Of a stretch of DNA of 64,000 nt, positions 43,655 to 58,130 are shown piece by piece. Positions within the stretch are counted from its first letter, which is position 1; each line of letters begins with the position of its first letter. The position numbers and the translations under genes were made by a program. The notes beneath the pieces are model-generated. The model had not been told where the DNA came from. It worked only from the letters and a program-made list of their open reading frames with translations, and did no database searches. The DNA is from Eledone cirrhosa (lineage: Eukaryota): the NCBI GenBank assembly GCA_964016885.1, contig OZ024741.1, forward strand, positions 96,100,001 through 96,164,000. Direction: 5' to 3'.

Positions 43655-43856
43655 GTGTATATATATATATATATATTTATATAAATGAAAATAGAGAAAT
43701 TAATGTGAGCAAGAAGCCAACAGTATTTCATAATATATAAGTTTATATACATTTATATATATATATATATGTATGTATGTATACAAATGTATCTATATAC
43801 ATGTATATAAATATATATTTATATACATATATATATTCATATATACACACACATAA

Positions 43857-43904
<48 letters not shown>

Positions 43905-44513
43905 ATTCTTCCATTTATGTACATTGTGGATATGCACGTGTGTGTGGTTATGTATACATCGTATCTGTATAAAATGATTACAACCCTAAACATACATACA
44001 AAGGACATATATATATATATGCACCGTTAAGAATATGTATATTTGTGTGTGTGTGTGGGGGGGGGGTGGCTGTATATGAGTAGATATATGTGTGTGTCTA
44101 TGGGTTTGTACGTGTGAAAGTGTAGATATATGTGTGTGTATGGGTGTGTGCGTATGAATGTATAAACAAACCAGTCGTGCCAAAACAGTGCTGACAAGCT
44201 CCATATCTATCCCAAGGCTAAGCATTCATTGATATAAATTGTTACGGAAGAGGTTTTTGGCATTGAACTGTGTTCTGTGTCACTTCAACTGTGCTATGTA
44301 GTGTGTTTGCATGTATAGTAGGATATGTTGGTGTGACAATGGCTGGTGAAGTGTGGCTTGTGGCTCTTTATAGCTGGAATGGTAGGTATAGGGTTGAGCG
44401 AGAGGCTGTGAGTTTAGTAAAGACAATCAGAGATAGTTCCTGTGTATAATTGTGTGAGAGTGAGAGAGGGAGAGGGAGATAGATAGGTAGGTAGAAAGAC
44501 AGATGAAGAGGGA

Positions 44514-44589
<76 letters not shown>

Positions 44590-44699
44590 CAGTAAAGGAA
44601 ACAGAAGAGAGAAGGGGAGAGGAAACAGGAGCGGGGGATAGAGAGAAGAGGAGAAGAAATAAGAGAGAGATAGATATAGAGTGAAGGGAAAAGGAAATA

Positions 44700-44772
<73 letters not shown>

Positions 44773-44895
44773 TGGAGAAATGGATTGGGGTATGTGACAG
44801 TGAGTAATATAATTTGAGAGAGAAAAATGTCGGGAAGAATCGAGTGGAGGAGGGGAAGGAGAGAAGGGTTAGCAATGAGATAGATAGATTGATAG

Positions 44896-44962
<67 letters not shown>

Positions 44963-45626
44963 AGGGCGGAGAAGAAATGGATCAAAATCAAAGTCTAACA
45001 TTAAAACATGGGACAAACGAAAGACACCGAAAACATGGAGACGGGACTTATGGAAATTTTCCGTTGGTCAACTTTTTACTGGGTGGGGTGTTATTTTGGG
45101 TGTCAAAAAGAGAGAGAGAAACAGAGAGAGTGAGAGAGAGATATAGAGAGGGAGAGAGGGAGAAAGGAAGCGAAAGAAAGTGAGACCAAAAGATAGAGAG
45201 GCGGAGAGAAAAAGAAAAAAGTGTTTGAGAGTGAGAGAGAAAGACAGAAAGAGATAAATAGTTATAGGTAGTTAGATCACTATACAGATATAATGATTGA
45301 AATATACATAGACATTTCACTTTAAATATATAAAAATAAATATATATTTCTTGATTGTACTGTATTGTCTGCTTTCTTATTTCCGTACAGCATATATATA
45401 TATATATATATATATATATTTCGTTTCTGAATTTGTTTAGCAAGATTCTTTATCTGAAATCGTGTGTTGAAACCGATATTGTTATACTTTGGGAGGGTCA
45501 TGTTGCCAATAAGAAACACACGCACTAGTTGCTTTCACTTCAATTTAATTTATTATATATTTATAAATTTACAAATTTATAAATTTCTGGTTGGTTGGTT
45601 GGTTCCACAACCAGATAGTTGTTTAT

Positions 45627-45671
45627 AGTCATAGTTCTTTCGTCACACACTCTGTGACCTCTTCAGTGACT
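45627..45671 (-). ncRNA. Minimal type I hammerhead ribozyme
   Basis: AGUCA-CUGAAGA-G-GUCACA gagug UGUGAC-GAAA-G aa C-UA-UGACU. Confidence 0.8.
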
Positions 45672-45976
45672 GGGGATTTCTTTCTTCGTTTCTGTGCCTT
45701 TCTTTTCTTCTATCCTACGCCATTTTGTTTGTGTGTGGGTTGCGTGCTCAGTTTGCGCATGCGCCACATCCGGGTGTCTGTGTGTGTTTGTGTTCATTTT
45801 TCTATTTTTCTATTTATATTTTTCTATTTGTTTGTTTATTTATTTATTTATTGTTGGTTGGTTGTTTGTTCTATGTGTGTGTGTGTTTTCATTTTGTCTT
45901 GTGTGTGTTTTCATTTTGTGTGTGTTTTCAATTGTAAGTTGTTTGTTCTATGTGTGTGTGTGTTTTCATTTTGTCC

Positions 45977-48691
45977 TTAATTGTAAGTTGTGATGTTGCT
46001 GTTCCACTCATATTTTCTATTTAATTTTGGTTTTAATTCTTTTATGCTTACTGCCTCTGTAATTTGCCTAAACATTGCGTCTTTCTTGTGTGTGGATTCT
46101 ATTTTTATTTCTATGCTCTCTAATTTACCCCTGTGTTCTATCTTAGCATGTTGGTAGAGCACAGATGATTCTTTATTATCTTGGAGGTCTCGCCAGTGTT
46201 CATTTATTCGTTCCCCTATACTACGAGCTGTCTCACCTATGTACACTTTATTTTTGTTTCTACATTGTCCTTCAGTACATCTTATGCTATATACTACATT
46301 TCTAGTTTTACAGTTAATATGGGGGCTTATTTTACAGGTTATACATTTCTTATCTATACATGAGGGTCTTTGGAACGGGTATGTCTTGCTAATAAGTGTT
46401 TTTACGGAGGTACCAGGTCTTTCTACTATCTTAATATTGAGATTATGTTTCTTTAGGGCCCTTCTAAATTTGTAGGCTAGTTCGCCTCTAGGGGTTGTAT
46501 TGATGAACATTACACTCTGGTATTTATTGCTATCATACCATGGGTTTATTCTATTGGCCTTGTTCTTAGTTCTTTCTATTCTATTCCAAAATTTGCTCCT
46601 ATACAAGGGGCAGGTCCCATTTATGTCATTATTTACCATTTTTTCCCATTTGGTTCTGGCTCCTTTATACACTCTGATTCTATCTCTCTGATTGTAGCCA
46701 GAGAACTGCATACGGTGGATGAAGTGTTGTATGTGTCTCTCTAGTTCTTCGGGGTTGCACATGCGGGACACATTTCTCATCACCCGTACCAAATCCGCAA
46801 TCAGTATGTTAATTTTGGTATGGTCCGAAATGGCCGAGTTTCGGTGGATCAGATGTTTGGAAGTCATGGGTTTGGCATAATGGGAATGGAGGATTTGTTT
46901 TTGGTTGTTAATTGTATCTAACCAGAGCTCTGTGTCTAGTACAGGTAATCGATGGTTGGGGTGTCTACTTGGGTAGTCTATAGTAACTCTAATGCTCTGG
47001 TGGATGGAGTTTGCTATTTGCTGGATGCTTTCCATTGTGTTTTTCTCTAGTTCCTGACTGTTCTTTAGTGGGGGTGTCTTAACTACGATGTTTATATCAT
47101 CTACGTAGCGGGAGTACATTATCAGGGTTAAGCTGTCTTCTAATTGTTCATTAAGTTTTTGTTTAAGTCTACTGTCCCACCATACCATGAATAAGTTAGC
47201 TATGTCGCCTGCAATGCTAACACCAATGGCTGCTCCTTCCTCTTGCGCATATGTTTTACCATTAAATTTGAACATATGTTCCTTAAGGGTTAATTTTATG
47301 CTGGCCCCTACCGCATGTGCAATCATTTTCTTCAGTTCATCGTGGTTTTCGGGTGTCCGTATGGCTCTGGTCCACCCGTTCCATCTATCTGTGTGGGTTT
47401 TCTTGGCCATTGAGGTAATGGTAGGTGGTCTGCCTCTTGCTGGTCTTGTAGGGCACAGGTTGCTAAGGTCATAAGTGTCTAGGTAACTATTACTATGGGT
47501 AAGCTTAAGTAGAAGTCCCAGCTCACTGGTATCAATCCCACGGAACTCAACCTTGCTCTCGCTGATCATTTCGACGCATTTCTCCACAGCAAAATCCACG
47601 TCAATAGATGGATACAGGGACACAACATCCATACTGCCTATTATGCAGTTTGTTAGGTCCCCAGATCGGTTACCCGCGCCGATTCTGCTGAGGAGGTCCT
47701 CCGTGCTGTCACACACATCTGGGGACATCTCAATGATGGGGCGTATGATCAGGGAGAGGAAGTAGGACAGTCTGTAGTTACTAGCAATGTTAGCCCCACA
47801 GACTGGCCGTGTTGGTGGTCCCGCGACAGGGTCCCAGCCCGTTTTATGGTCTTTTCGAAGCCCATACAACGCCGGCACGTCATTGTTCCAGGCCTGGAAG
47901 TTGTTGGCAGTCCTTTTGTTGGGCTGCATTATATTTGTCCACATCACCATATGGGCATTGAGGGTTTTTTCTCTATCCTCATGCTCCTGTGGTGTTACCT
48001 CTCTTGTGTTAGTGATGTGGGGTTGCATTGCCTGGATGTAGTTTGGCAGGCTGTCAACCGACATTCTGCCAGACTTGTCTGTTGGAAAGCATGCTATCTC
48101 TCCATTACGCGAGCGCTACATGAGCTTACGCAAGCCATTTGCAGATTCTTCTCCCAGTTGCTGGGCCTCTATTCTATTATGCTTCTTGCTATACTGTTCT
48201 ATAATATTTCTAAGTTCGGATTTAGCTATACTAAATTGTGCTTCTGTTTGTTCATCGACCTGCGACGGCAACTGCGTGCGTTTGTTAAATGGCAAAGTCG
48301 TGGCGTGAACTCGTCGTAGGTCCAATGATTTATCGGAGGGGTTATAGAACGGAGAGTTCCAGGCTGCTGCTTTATGTGTACTAGTGCTATTGTTATTGTT
48401 GGTTGTGTTGTTTCTATTTCCACCAACAGCAGCAGCCTCAGCTTCATGGTTGTTTCTATGTCTCTCATAATTACTCCTGTCTCTTTCCACTGGCTCAATG
48501 TTGTTATCTACCCTATTTTGTGTGTCTGTGTGTTCGTCTTGGTTATTCTCTTTGTCCTTAGTCTCCCATCTCCTTTTCCTTTTAATCCTATTACTATTAC
48601 TTTCTCTTATTTCTCTGATTTCTGTGCTACTGTCATTACTTGTTTTCTGTGTTTGTGTGTTTGTTAAGATTGTGGTGGTGGTGAGAGGCAT
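45977..48691 (-). pseudogene. PLE RT-GIY-YIG protein (about 904 codons) with a single in-frame TAG at 48116-48118
   Basis: ORFs 48116-48691 and 45977-48064 are in frame; copy 1 has CAG at the stop position. Motifs MDVVSLYP, RYVDD, C-x4-C-x2-C-x7-C linker, VVY..YIGET..R..EH..EA. Confidence 0.92.
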
Positions 48692-48933
48692 TGAATGCGT
48701 GTGTGTTGTTGTTGTTGATGTGTGTTGTTGTTGATGTGTGTTGTTGTTGATGTGTGTTGTTGTTGTCTCCGTGTGTGTGTGTGTTATCGTTGTTGTGTGT
48801 GTTGTTATTGTTGTTTGTGTTTGCGTGTCTGTTGTTGTTGTATCTGGGTATGTTGCTATTGTTGTTGTTGTTGATGTGTGTGTTGTTGTTATTGTTGTCT
48901 CCGTGTGTGTTGTTATTGTTGTCTCCGTGTGTG

Positions 48934-51066
48934 TCTATTGACGTGGATTTTGCTGTGGAGAAATGCGTCGAAATGATCAGCGAGAGCAAGGTTGAGTTCC
49001 GTGGGATTGATACCAGTGAGCTGGGACTTCTACTTAAGCTTACCCATAGTAATAGTTACCTAGACACTTATGATCTTAGCAACCTGTGCCCTACAAGACC
49101 AGCAAGAGGCAGACCACCTACCATTACCTCAATGGCCAAGAAAACCCACACAGATAGATGGAACGGGTGGACCAGAGCCATACGGACACCCGAAAACCAC
49201 GATGAACTGAAGAAAATGATTGCACATGCGGTAGGGGCCAGCATAAAATTAACCCTTAAGGAACATATGTTCAAATTTAATGGTAAAACATATGCCCAAG
49301 AGGAAGGAGCAGCCATTGGTGTTAGCATTGCAGGCGACATAGCTAACTTATTCATGGTATGGTGGGACAGTAGACTTAAACAAAATCATAATGAACAATT
49401 AGAAGACAGCTTAACCCTGATAATGTACTCCTGCTACGTAGATGATATAAACATCGTAGTTAAGACACCCCCACTAAAGAACAGTCAGGAACTAGAGAAA
49501 AACACAATGGAAAGCATCCAGCAAATAGCAAACTCCATCCACCAGAGCATTAGAGTTACTATAGACTACCCAAGTAGACACCCCAACCATCGATTACCTG
49601 TACTAGACACAGAGCTCTGGTTAGATACAATTAACAACCAAAAACAAATCCTCCATTCCCATTATGCCAAACCCATGACTTCCAAACATCTGATCCACCG
49701 AAACTCGGCCATTTCGGACCATACCAAAATTAACATACTGATTGCGGATTTGGTACGGGTGATGAGAAATGTGTCCCGCATGTGCAACCCCGAAGAACTA
49801 GAGAGACACATACAACACTTCATCCACCGTATGCAGTTCTCTGGCTACAATCAGAGAGATAGAATCAGAGTGTATAAAGGAGCCAGAACCAAATGGGAAA
49901 AAATGGTAAATAATGACATAAATGGGACCTGCCCCTTGTATAGGAGCAAATTTTGGAATAGAATAGAAAGAACTAAGAACAAGGCCAATAGAATAAACTC
50001 ATGGTATGATAGCAATAAATACCAGAGTGTAATGTTCATCAATACAACCCCTAGAGGCGAACTAGCCTACAAATTTAGAAGGGCCCTAAAGAAACATAAT
50101 CTCAATATTAAGATAGTAGAAAGACCTGGTACCTCCGTAAAAACACTTATTAGCAAGACATACCCGTTCCAAAGACCCTCATGTATAGATAAGAAATGTA
50201 TAACCTGTAAAATAAGCCCCCATATTAACTGTAAAACTAGAAATGTAGTATATAGCATAAGATGTACTGAAGGACAATGTAGAAACAAAAATAAAGTGTA
50301 CATAGGTGAGACAGCTCGTAGTATAGGGGAACGAATAAATGAACACTGGCGAGACCTCCAAGATAATAAAGAATCATCTGTGCTCTACCAACATGCTAAG
50401 ATAGAACACAGGGGTAAATTAGAGAGCATAGAAATAAAAATAGAATCCACACACAAGAAAGACGCAATGTTTAGGCAAATTACAGAGGCAGTAAGCATAA
50501 AAGAATTAAAACCAAAATTAAATAGAAAATATGAGTGGAACAGCAACATCACAACTTACAATTAAGGACAAAATGAAAACACACACACACATAGAACAAA
50601 CAACTTACAATTGAAAACACACACAAAATGAAAACACACACAAGACAAAATGAAAACACACACACACATAGAACAAACAACCAACCAACAATAAATAAAT
50701 AAATAAACAAACAAATAGAAAAATATAAATAGAAAAATAGAAAAATGAACACAAACACACACAGACACCCGGATGTGGCGCATGCGCAAACTGAGCACGC
50801 AACCCACACACAAACAAAATGGCGTAGGATAGAAGAAAAGAAAGGCACAGAAACGAAGAAAGAAATCCCCAGTCACTGAAGAGGTCACAGAGTGTGTGAC
50901 GAAAGAACTATGACTATATATATATAAACAACTATCTGGTTGTGGAACCAACCAACCAACCAGAAATTTATAAATTTGTAAATTTATAAATATATAATAA
51001 ATTAAATTGAAGTGAAAGCAACTGGTGCGTGTGTTTCTTATTGGCAACATGACCCTCCCAAAGTAT

Positions 51067-51072
<6 letters not shown>
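48934..51072 (+). mobile_element. PLE family B copy 2, inverted arm (5'-truncated RT-GIY-YIG)
   Basis: Near-identical reverse complement of about 45478-47608; coding to 50565; lacks the last ~60 bp of the family end. Confidence 0.95.
50871..50915 (+). ncRNA. Minimal type I hammerhead ribozyme
   Basis: Same motif as 45627-45671; predicted cleavage after CUA at 50910. Confidence 0.8.
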
Positions 51073-51610
<538 letters not shown>

Positions 51611-51670
51611 CATGTAATGAAAATGTAACACCTCGTCTATATTATTAGCACAACCACAAAATACAAACTA

Positions 51671-51731
<61 letters not shown>

Positions 51732-52079
51732 CATACATGTGTGTGTGTATGTGTGTGTGCGTGTGTGTGTGTACGTATGTGTGTGTGTGTGAAAGTGAGG
51801 GACAAAATTTCACACAAATACATGTGTACTTACAGATAGAGTGACAGATACGGTGTTAGATCAAAGAAAGAAACAACTTTTTAAGTCAGACATTATACAA
51901 TATACTCAAAGAAATCTCTGCACTAGAGATGCATAACATCATACTGACATCTCTGTGCTTGGGGTGAAATTTGAGGAAAATGACACTCAGCAGATCACAA
52001 CTGAAGTTCATGGTGAGAACCGTCTGACATATTTCATAATATATGTGCACCTACATATGTCTCTTTTGGTCTGTGTGGG

Positions 52080-52118
<39 letters not shown>

Positions 52119-52136
52119 ATGCATGTGTGTGCGTAC

Positions 52137-52178
<42 letters not shown>

Positions 52179-52223
52179 ACTAAACATATACTCAAAACAT
52201 ATATGTGTGTATATATATACTCA

Positions 52224-52271
<48 letters not shown>

Positions 52272-52272
<1 letters not shown>

Positions 52273-52432
52273 AAAATGTTTAACCCCGACAGCAGTGCTC
52301 AAGCCGTCGAAACGGCTTGAACTCTGCCGTTGGGGCTGAACATTTCCCTATTACCCACCACTCTTATACCCTAAGTATTGAGTACTCTGGTGCGTTATGG
52401 TCCATCTGGTTCCTTACCACACTTCCTTCGTT
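52272..52432 (+). mobile_element. Small fold-back element family C, copy 3
   Basis: Hairpin 52273-52345 with a CGAA loop; tail homologous to 20340-20421. Confidence 0.75.
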
Positions 52433-54623
52433 ATATATATATATATATATGCATGTATATATTTATATATATTTATATATGGATATATTGATAGGTGGAT
52501 ATACGCATATAAGTACACATATCATAAAAAGCACACTGTTACATTAGAAGAACAGACAGCTACATGTTTGCCTCGACAACCACATTGCTTGAGTGCAATT
52601 TCACGCATGATGGTGGTAATGCACTTGTAATGTCAGTTTGAACATTAGTCTGGAAAATCGATCTGTTGTTGAGAAGAAGGCGAGACGATAACAAAACCAA
52701 AAAATGGACAAGAAAAATTTACGTGTATCGTTTGAAAAATACATAAAAACATTATAACTAAAAAAATAACCAACGAATTTAGCATGTGAAATTTATAGCA
52801 TGCTACCGCTAGAACATCTTGAAAATTTAGACTTTCGTCAGAAAAATGTGGTCGTGTTGCGGAACTTTAAAATGAGGGACTGATACCTACCAAAATTGAG
52901 AAATGAAGCAAAGAAGGATGGGATGAAGGGTAGAAGTGGGAAGAAGGCGTGAGAACTATAGTTAGAGAATAAACAAATAAATATATATCTATACGTACAA
53001 ATATGCATACTTATATGCATATACGTACATACATACATGCATACATACATGCATACAAACATGCACATATACATGATGGATGCAACTCGATTTCGAGTAA
53101 TGCCATCCCATGGTACTTTCGCTTGAGCATCATGGACGTGGCTTTTTAGTCCTGCTAGGGACTTTCCTATGGCCAGCCATGGTATACATCGTAAAAATGT
53201 TATATATCAAGTGATGCCAGTGCTTAAAGCTTTTTTAAATGAAGAAAGGCTTTTCACGGGTTCAATCCGCCAATTCCACTCTCTGAACACCAAAATGGAT
53301 TTACCCCAAAAGTAGAACTGGTGTACATCATTGGATTCAAATAAAGTCGTAGAGTGACTTTCTCCCAGAGAGATGTCTTAAAGATGACTAGGAGTCTCAC
53401 AACAACAAACTTTATTGGATAGCCCTTGATTCTCATGAGTTTTCCCGCCATTTGATGGGCTTTGTTTTTCATCCCATAGGGTGTCCAAAATCCCCCTCCT
53501 CATCAATCTTGCTTGGTGGTGTTACCGGTTTTGTTGCTGATGACAAGTATTGGGTTACATGTTACCAGTAGCACTCAAGAGCTACCTGGTATAACATACA
53601 TATATACATACATACTGATGGCTGTCCCCTCGTTATCGAGTATGGCCATTGCACGATATAACATTATTAATAATTATCAATTAATGCTATAATGCAATGC
53701 CTGTGCCTAAAGATTTTTTTAAAGTGAGGAAAGACTGTGCACTGAGCCAATCCCATTCTCTGAGCGACAATAGCTGTAATCCGAAATGAAGAAAAGATCA
53801 ACATCATAGGTAACTACTGAGCCGCAGGTTTTATGTCGGAGTTATCCCAGTTTCCTGAGTTGCATTCTCATACATACATACATACATACATGCATGCATA
53901 AATATATACATACATACATACATACATACATACATACATACATACATGCATAAATACATACATACATACATACATACATACATACATACATACATACATA
54001 CATACATACATACATACATACATACATACATACATACATGCATAAATATATACATACTTGCAAACAAAATTAGAATTTTCTAAAAACTTATCTTTCTCTT
54101 TGAGACCCACTTAAAACAAACTTCTTATTTATATAGCAATACCTATGTTATTTATTTTTGTTTGAAGGAAGAGTTAGTCGTGTCAAGTCTTTCATCTTTT
54201 TAATACTAATCTCAGGTAACATTTAATGTCAATAAATTGTCGCTTCTTCTGTTGTCTCAAGCATACCTTAATACAGCAGACTTGTCAAAGTCGTTCCAGC
54301 GGCAAACATCCGACCTATTCAGGAATGTATGTAAATACGTCAGTGTTACAATGGGTGTTGTTATTAATAGTAGATTGTCTGTTCGTCTTGCAGATATATA
54401 TGTTGTAGATAAAGTTGTTGTTGACTCGTCTGTGGATTTTTTCTTGTTATTGCTGAGGATTCTTTTACTATTGCCATTACTGATGCTGTAGTTAGTGAAG
54501 TTGATGTGTATGCTATTGTTGCCGAAATATACTTTGCTGGCGGTATTAATGTCAATAAGATTGGTTGTGGCTTTGTTATATACATTTAGGTTATATACAT
54601 ATTTTATGTACACATACAAACAC

Positions 54624-54738
54624 ACACATGCATACATACACACACATATGTATATATATATATACACATATGTATATGATTATATATATATATATATATA
54701 TATATATAATGTATACACACACACACACACGAATACAC

Positions 54739-54832
<94 letters not shown>

Positions 54833-54941
54833 GTGTATTCGTGTGTGTGTGTGTGTATACATTATATATATATATATATATATATATATAATCATATACA
54901 TATGTGTATATATATATATACATATGTGTGTGTATGTATGC

Positions 54942-54947
<6 letters not shown>
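54624..54947. repeat. Palindrome centred on a (TA)n tract
   Basis: Flank 54624-54740 is mirrored at 54830-54947. Confidence 0.85.
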
Positions 54948-55023
<76 letters not shown>

Positions 55024-55057
55024 GCATATGTATGTGTGTCTGCATTAATGTGTGTGT

Positions 55058-55117
<60 letters not shown>

Positions 55118-55659
55118 AATTATAATATTATAATATTCCTAACTCAATATATACCTTTGATATATATAGTTGTATATATATCCATACATACATATACATA
55201 TGTATATATATATATACACATACACATACATATATGCATATATACATTATAAATACATAATACGTACATACACACTTCATACATACAAAATATAATGTTG
55301 CTGGTTTTCCTCTTAGTGTTTTTGATGCTGAGTACAATTGACTGGTGAGTCAGGTAGAAATGTAACCTTAATTTAACTTTATGTTCTTCCTGAGGATAAC
55401 ATACGGATCCAGGAAAGGAAAGACAATAATTGAGTTAGCTCTCCACCCACAGCACCATTTGTCTGGCCCCCTGCTGATGGTTGGAATTGAGTTTTTGTGT
55501 AAACGTAGATGTTCCCAGAGGTTCTTCCACGGATGGCTTCTCAGAAACCCAATTTGTGCTTTCATAAGATAAATGTATAAATAAATATAGCCACATAAAT
55601 ATATCTTTACGCATATATGCATATATATACATACATACATACATACATACATACATACA

Positions 55660-55695
<36 letters not shown>

Positions 55696-55739
55696 CATAC
55701 ATACATACATATATACATACATACATATTTATATATATG

Positions 55740-55775
<36 letters not shown>

Positions 55776-55790
55776 TATTTGCACACACAT

Positions 55791-55878
<88 letters not shown>

Positions 55879-56098
55879 ATCCATTACGAATTTATTCACT
55901 TATGTGTGTTATATAATATATATAAACTTATGGATACATTTTTATATGAACATATAGATTATTAACGTCTTTTTCTTATTTCGTTAGTTTGTTTTAGCCA
56001 TCACGTCTGAGAACGTAATGGAACACTATCGTGTCTAGCCCTCTGTCAACCATCTACGTTTCATCACATTCTAGGTTAGATATAATTCTAAGAATAAG

Positions 56099-56286
56099 AT
56101 AATTGTTTCTACTTTTTGGCACAAGGCCAGCAATTACCCAGTGCATTACTGGGACTTTATTTTATCGACCCCGTAAGGATGAAAGGCAAAGTCAACCTCA
56201 GCGGGATTTGAACCCAGATCGTTAAGGGACGTAACTATGCTGGAAAGCATGGCATCCAACCCTCTACCGATACTGCCAATCCACCG
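56099..56286 (-). mobile_element. tRNA-derived SINE, main family
   Basis: Homologous to 14953-15143. Confidence 0.8.
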
Positions 56287-56915
56287 TATAAGATAATGAA
56301 TGGATGTAGTATAATGCTTTAAGTATAATAAATAAACAACAGGGGATGGCATTTTAATAGACAATTGAAAATTGAAAATCTTATACATATATATTATAGA
56401 CATATAACATATATTATAGACATCAGAAATGAGGGAATTTTATAAGTGAACTATTAATGTAAGCTAAACTATTTATTGCTGCAGTGTAAATATGAAGGCC
56501 ATTTTGAATTGAGTAGCACATGAAAATATAATCCCTTCTGTACTTGACACGTTGTGTTACACATGCACGTAAGAAAGCCTGGTTCAGTGGCTCTAGTTTG
56601 ATGTGTACTGCAGCTTACCTATGTGAGATTTGTTTCTCAACCAGGACGTTTTCTAATTCCAATAATGGATACACAGAAAATTCTGATCTGACAGATCTGA
56701 CGTATAACTATTATATTTCGTACGCAACGGTTAAAGGGTGTCCTGGATATTCATGATAACGTCTAAAATATTTCAAACGTTTCCACATTTGAAAATGGGG
56801 ATCCTGTAACACGAAAATCAGCTAAAGGAACATTGTTAGACATTTTCTTAATGTTGATTGTTTATAATTCAAGTTTACCTTTGATATCTTTCCCAATAGT
56901 GAGAGTACTAGGCAC

Positions 56916-57002
56916 AAAATATGTACCTAGTATTCCGTTTCACTAAAACCATAGCATCTGTGGCTATGATTTTAGTGAAGCGGAATACTAGGTACATATT
57001 TT
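56916..57002. repeat. Near-perfect 40-bp inverted repeat with a 7-nt loop
   Basis: AAAATATGTACCTAGTATTCCG..ATAGC atctgtg GCTAT..CGGAATACTAGGTACATATTTT. Confidence 0.9.
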
Positions 57003-57779
57003 ACAGAGTTTGGATAGTGATGGTTCTATTTGTAGCCATGGAGTACACACAGCATATGGAATCATTTCACTGAGATGTGTAACCTCTAGAGCAGTGTTTC
57101 CCAACCCTTTTTTATGTCCGCACCCCTAATTTTTTTTATATGTTCTCAAACTTCTTAAGAGAGGAATAATTTATTTTAGGATAAAGAAGAATTAATACAG
57201 AATTTGGGCAACAAATTTATATAATCTAATTTTTGAATAATCTGTAAACAAAAATGGAACACATGGAAAAGAAAAAAATATTTTAACAAATCAAAATTTG
57301 AATAAATCCTAAAAAAGAATTAAATTATCTAAAGTCTAGACACTTCAACTAGTAGAGATGTTTGGGATTTTCTAGACGTCGGTGTAGGTAATTGAGATAG
57401 TGCAGACCTTATAGTTGTAAATGCTTTACTTGATGTAAGTTTAGGGGTTACATATACTTGAGATAGGTTAGACGAATGATTTGTAGAAGTTTGATGTGAT
57501 GTACATGTAGGAGCTATAGGGGGTGTAGATTTTAAAGTTCCAGATACATCCTCCTACTGATTACACTTATTAGTCAGTTCTTCAATTGATTCGACATACT
57601 GTTGCCATATGTCATCACTCCTTAATGTTATCTGACAGTGCTTGGGGTAGATTTAATGTGTTTAATATGATCTCTGCTCTGCACCAAAAGAGAGTCTCGT
57701 ACAGACACATTTTGATACCAGCCTGATAGGTCTGATTGTTTCATTAACACAGGCCGATACTCCAATGATTGCTGTTCTA

Positions 57780-58130
57780 GCACTGCTTCCATCACGTGAA
57801 CATGCCTTACACATCCTGATTTGCACGTTCTACACTTACTTGGCTTTGTTTATGGTGAGAGATCCCATGTAGAATCGGAAACTATTTGCAGTATTTTTAA
57901 GGTTTGAAGCAACCAGATTGAAAAATTCTCTTCCGTTTTCTGATAGCAAGACAGATCGTGCTTCAATAAGATTAAACATTTCAATCAACCTGTTGGATAT
58001 TTTCTCAGCCTGTATGCTTTTAGAGGCTTTCAGAACAATATTTTGACTGATGTTCCTGATATTGTTGTATAAATGTTTCGTCTCCATCTGAATGATTTTA
58101 GAAATCAATCAAATCAACTTGACAGCGAGA
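57780..58130 (-). pseudogene. Ginger2/KRBA2-like DDE integrase relic
   Basis: IVLKASKSIQAEKISNRLIEMFNLIEARSVLLSENGREF resembles the integrase-core LQSDNGREF region. Confidence 0.55.

Larger units (their letters stand above)
45418..48933 (-). mobile_element. PLE family B copy 2, long arm (near full length)
   Basis: Near-intact ORF, 3' UTR with HHR, 3' end in (TA)n; low-complexity 5' region 48692-48933. Confidence 0.95.

Noticed and set aside
48754-48933. Hydrophobic N-terminus of the 603-aa ORF as a signal or membrane fusion
   Set aside because: It is the antisense reading of the low-complexity tract across the inversion junction, and the fused RT lacks its N-terminal motifs.
54226-55560. 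Possible host exons (54257-54580 and 55370-55560)
   Set aside because: No recognisable domain or consistent splice and frame evidence.
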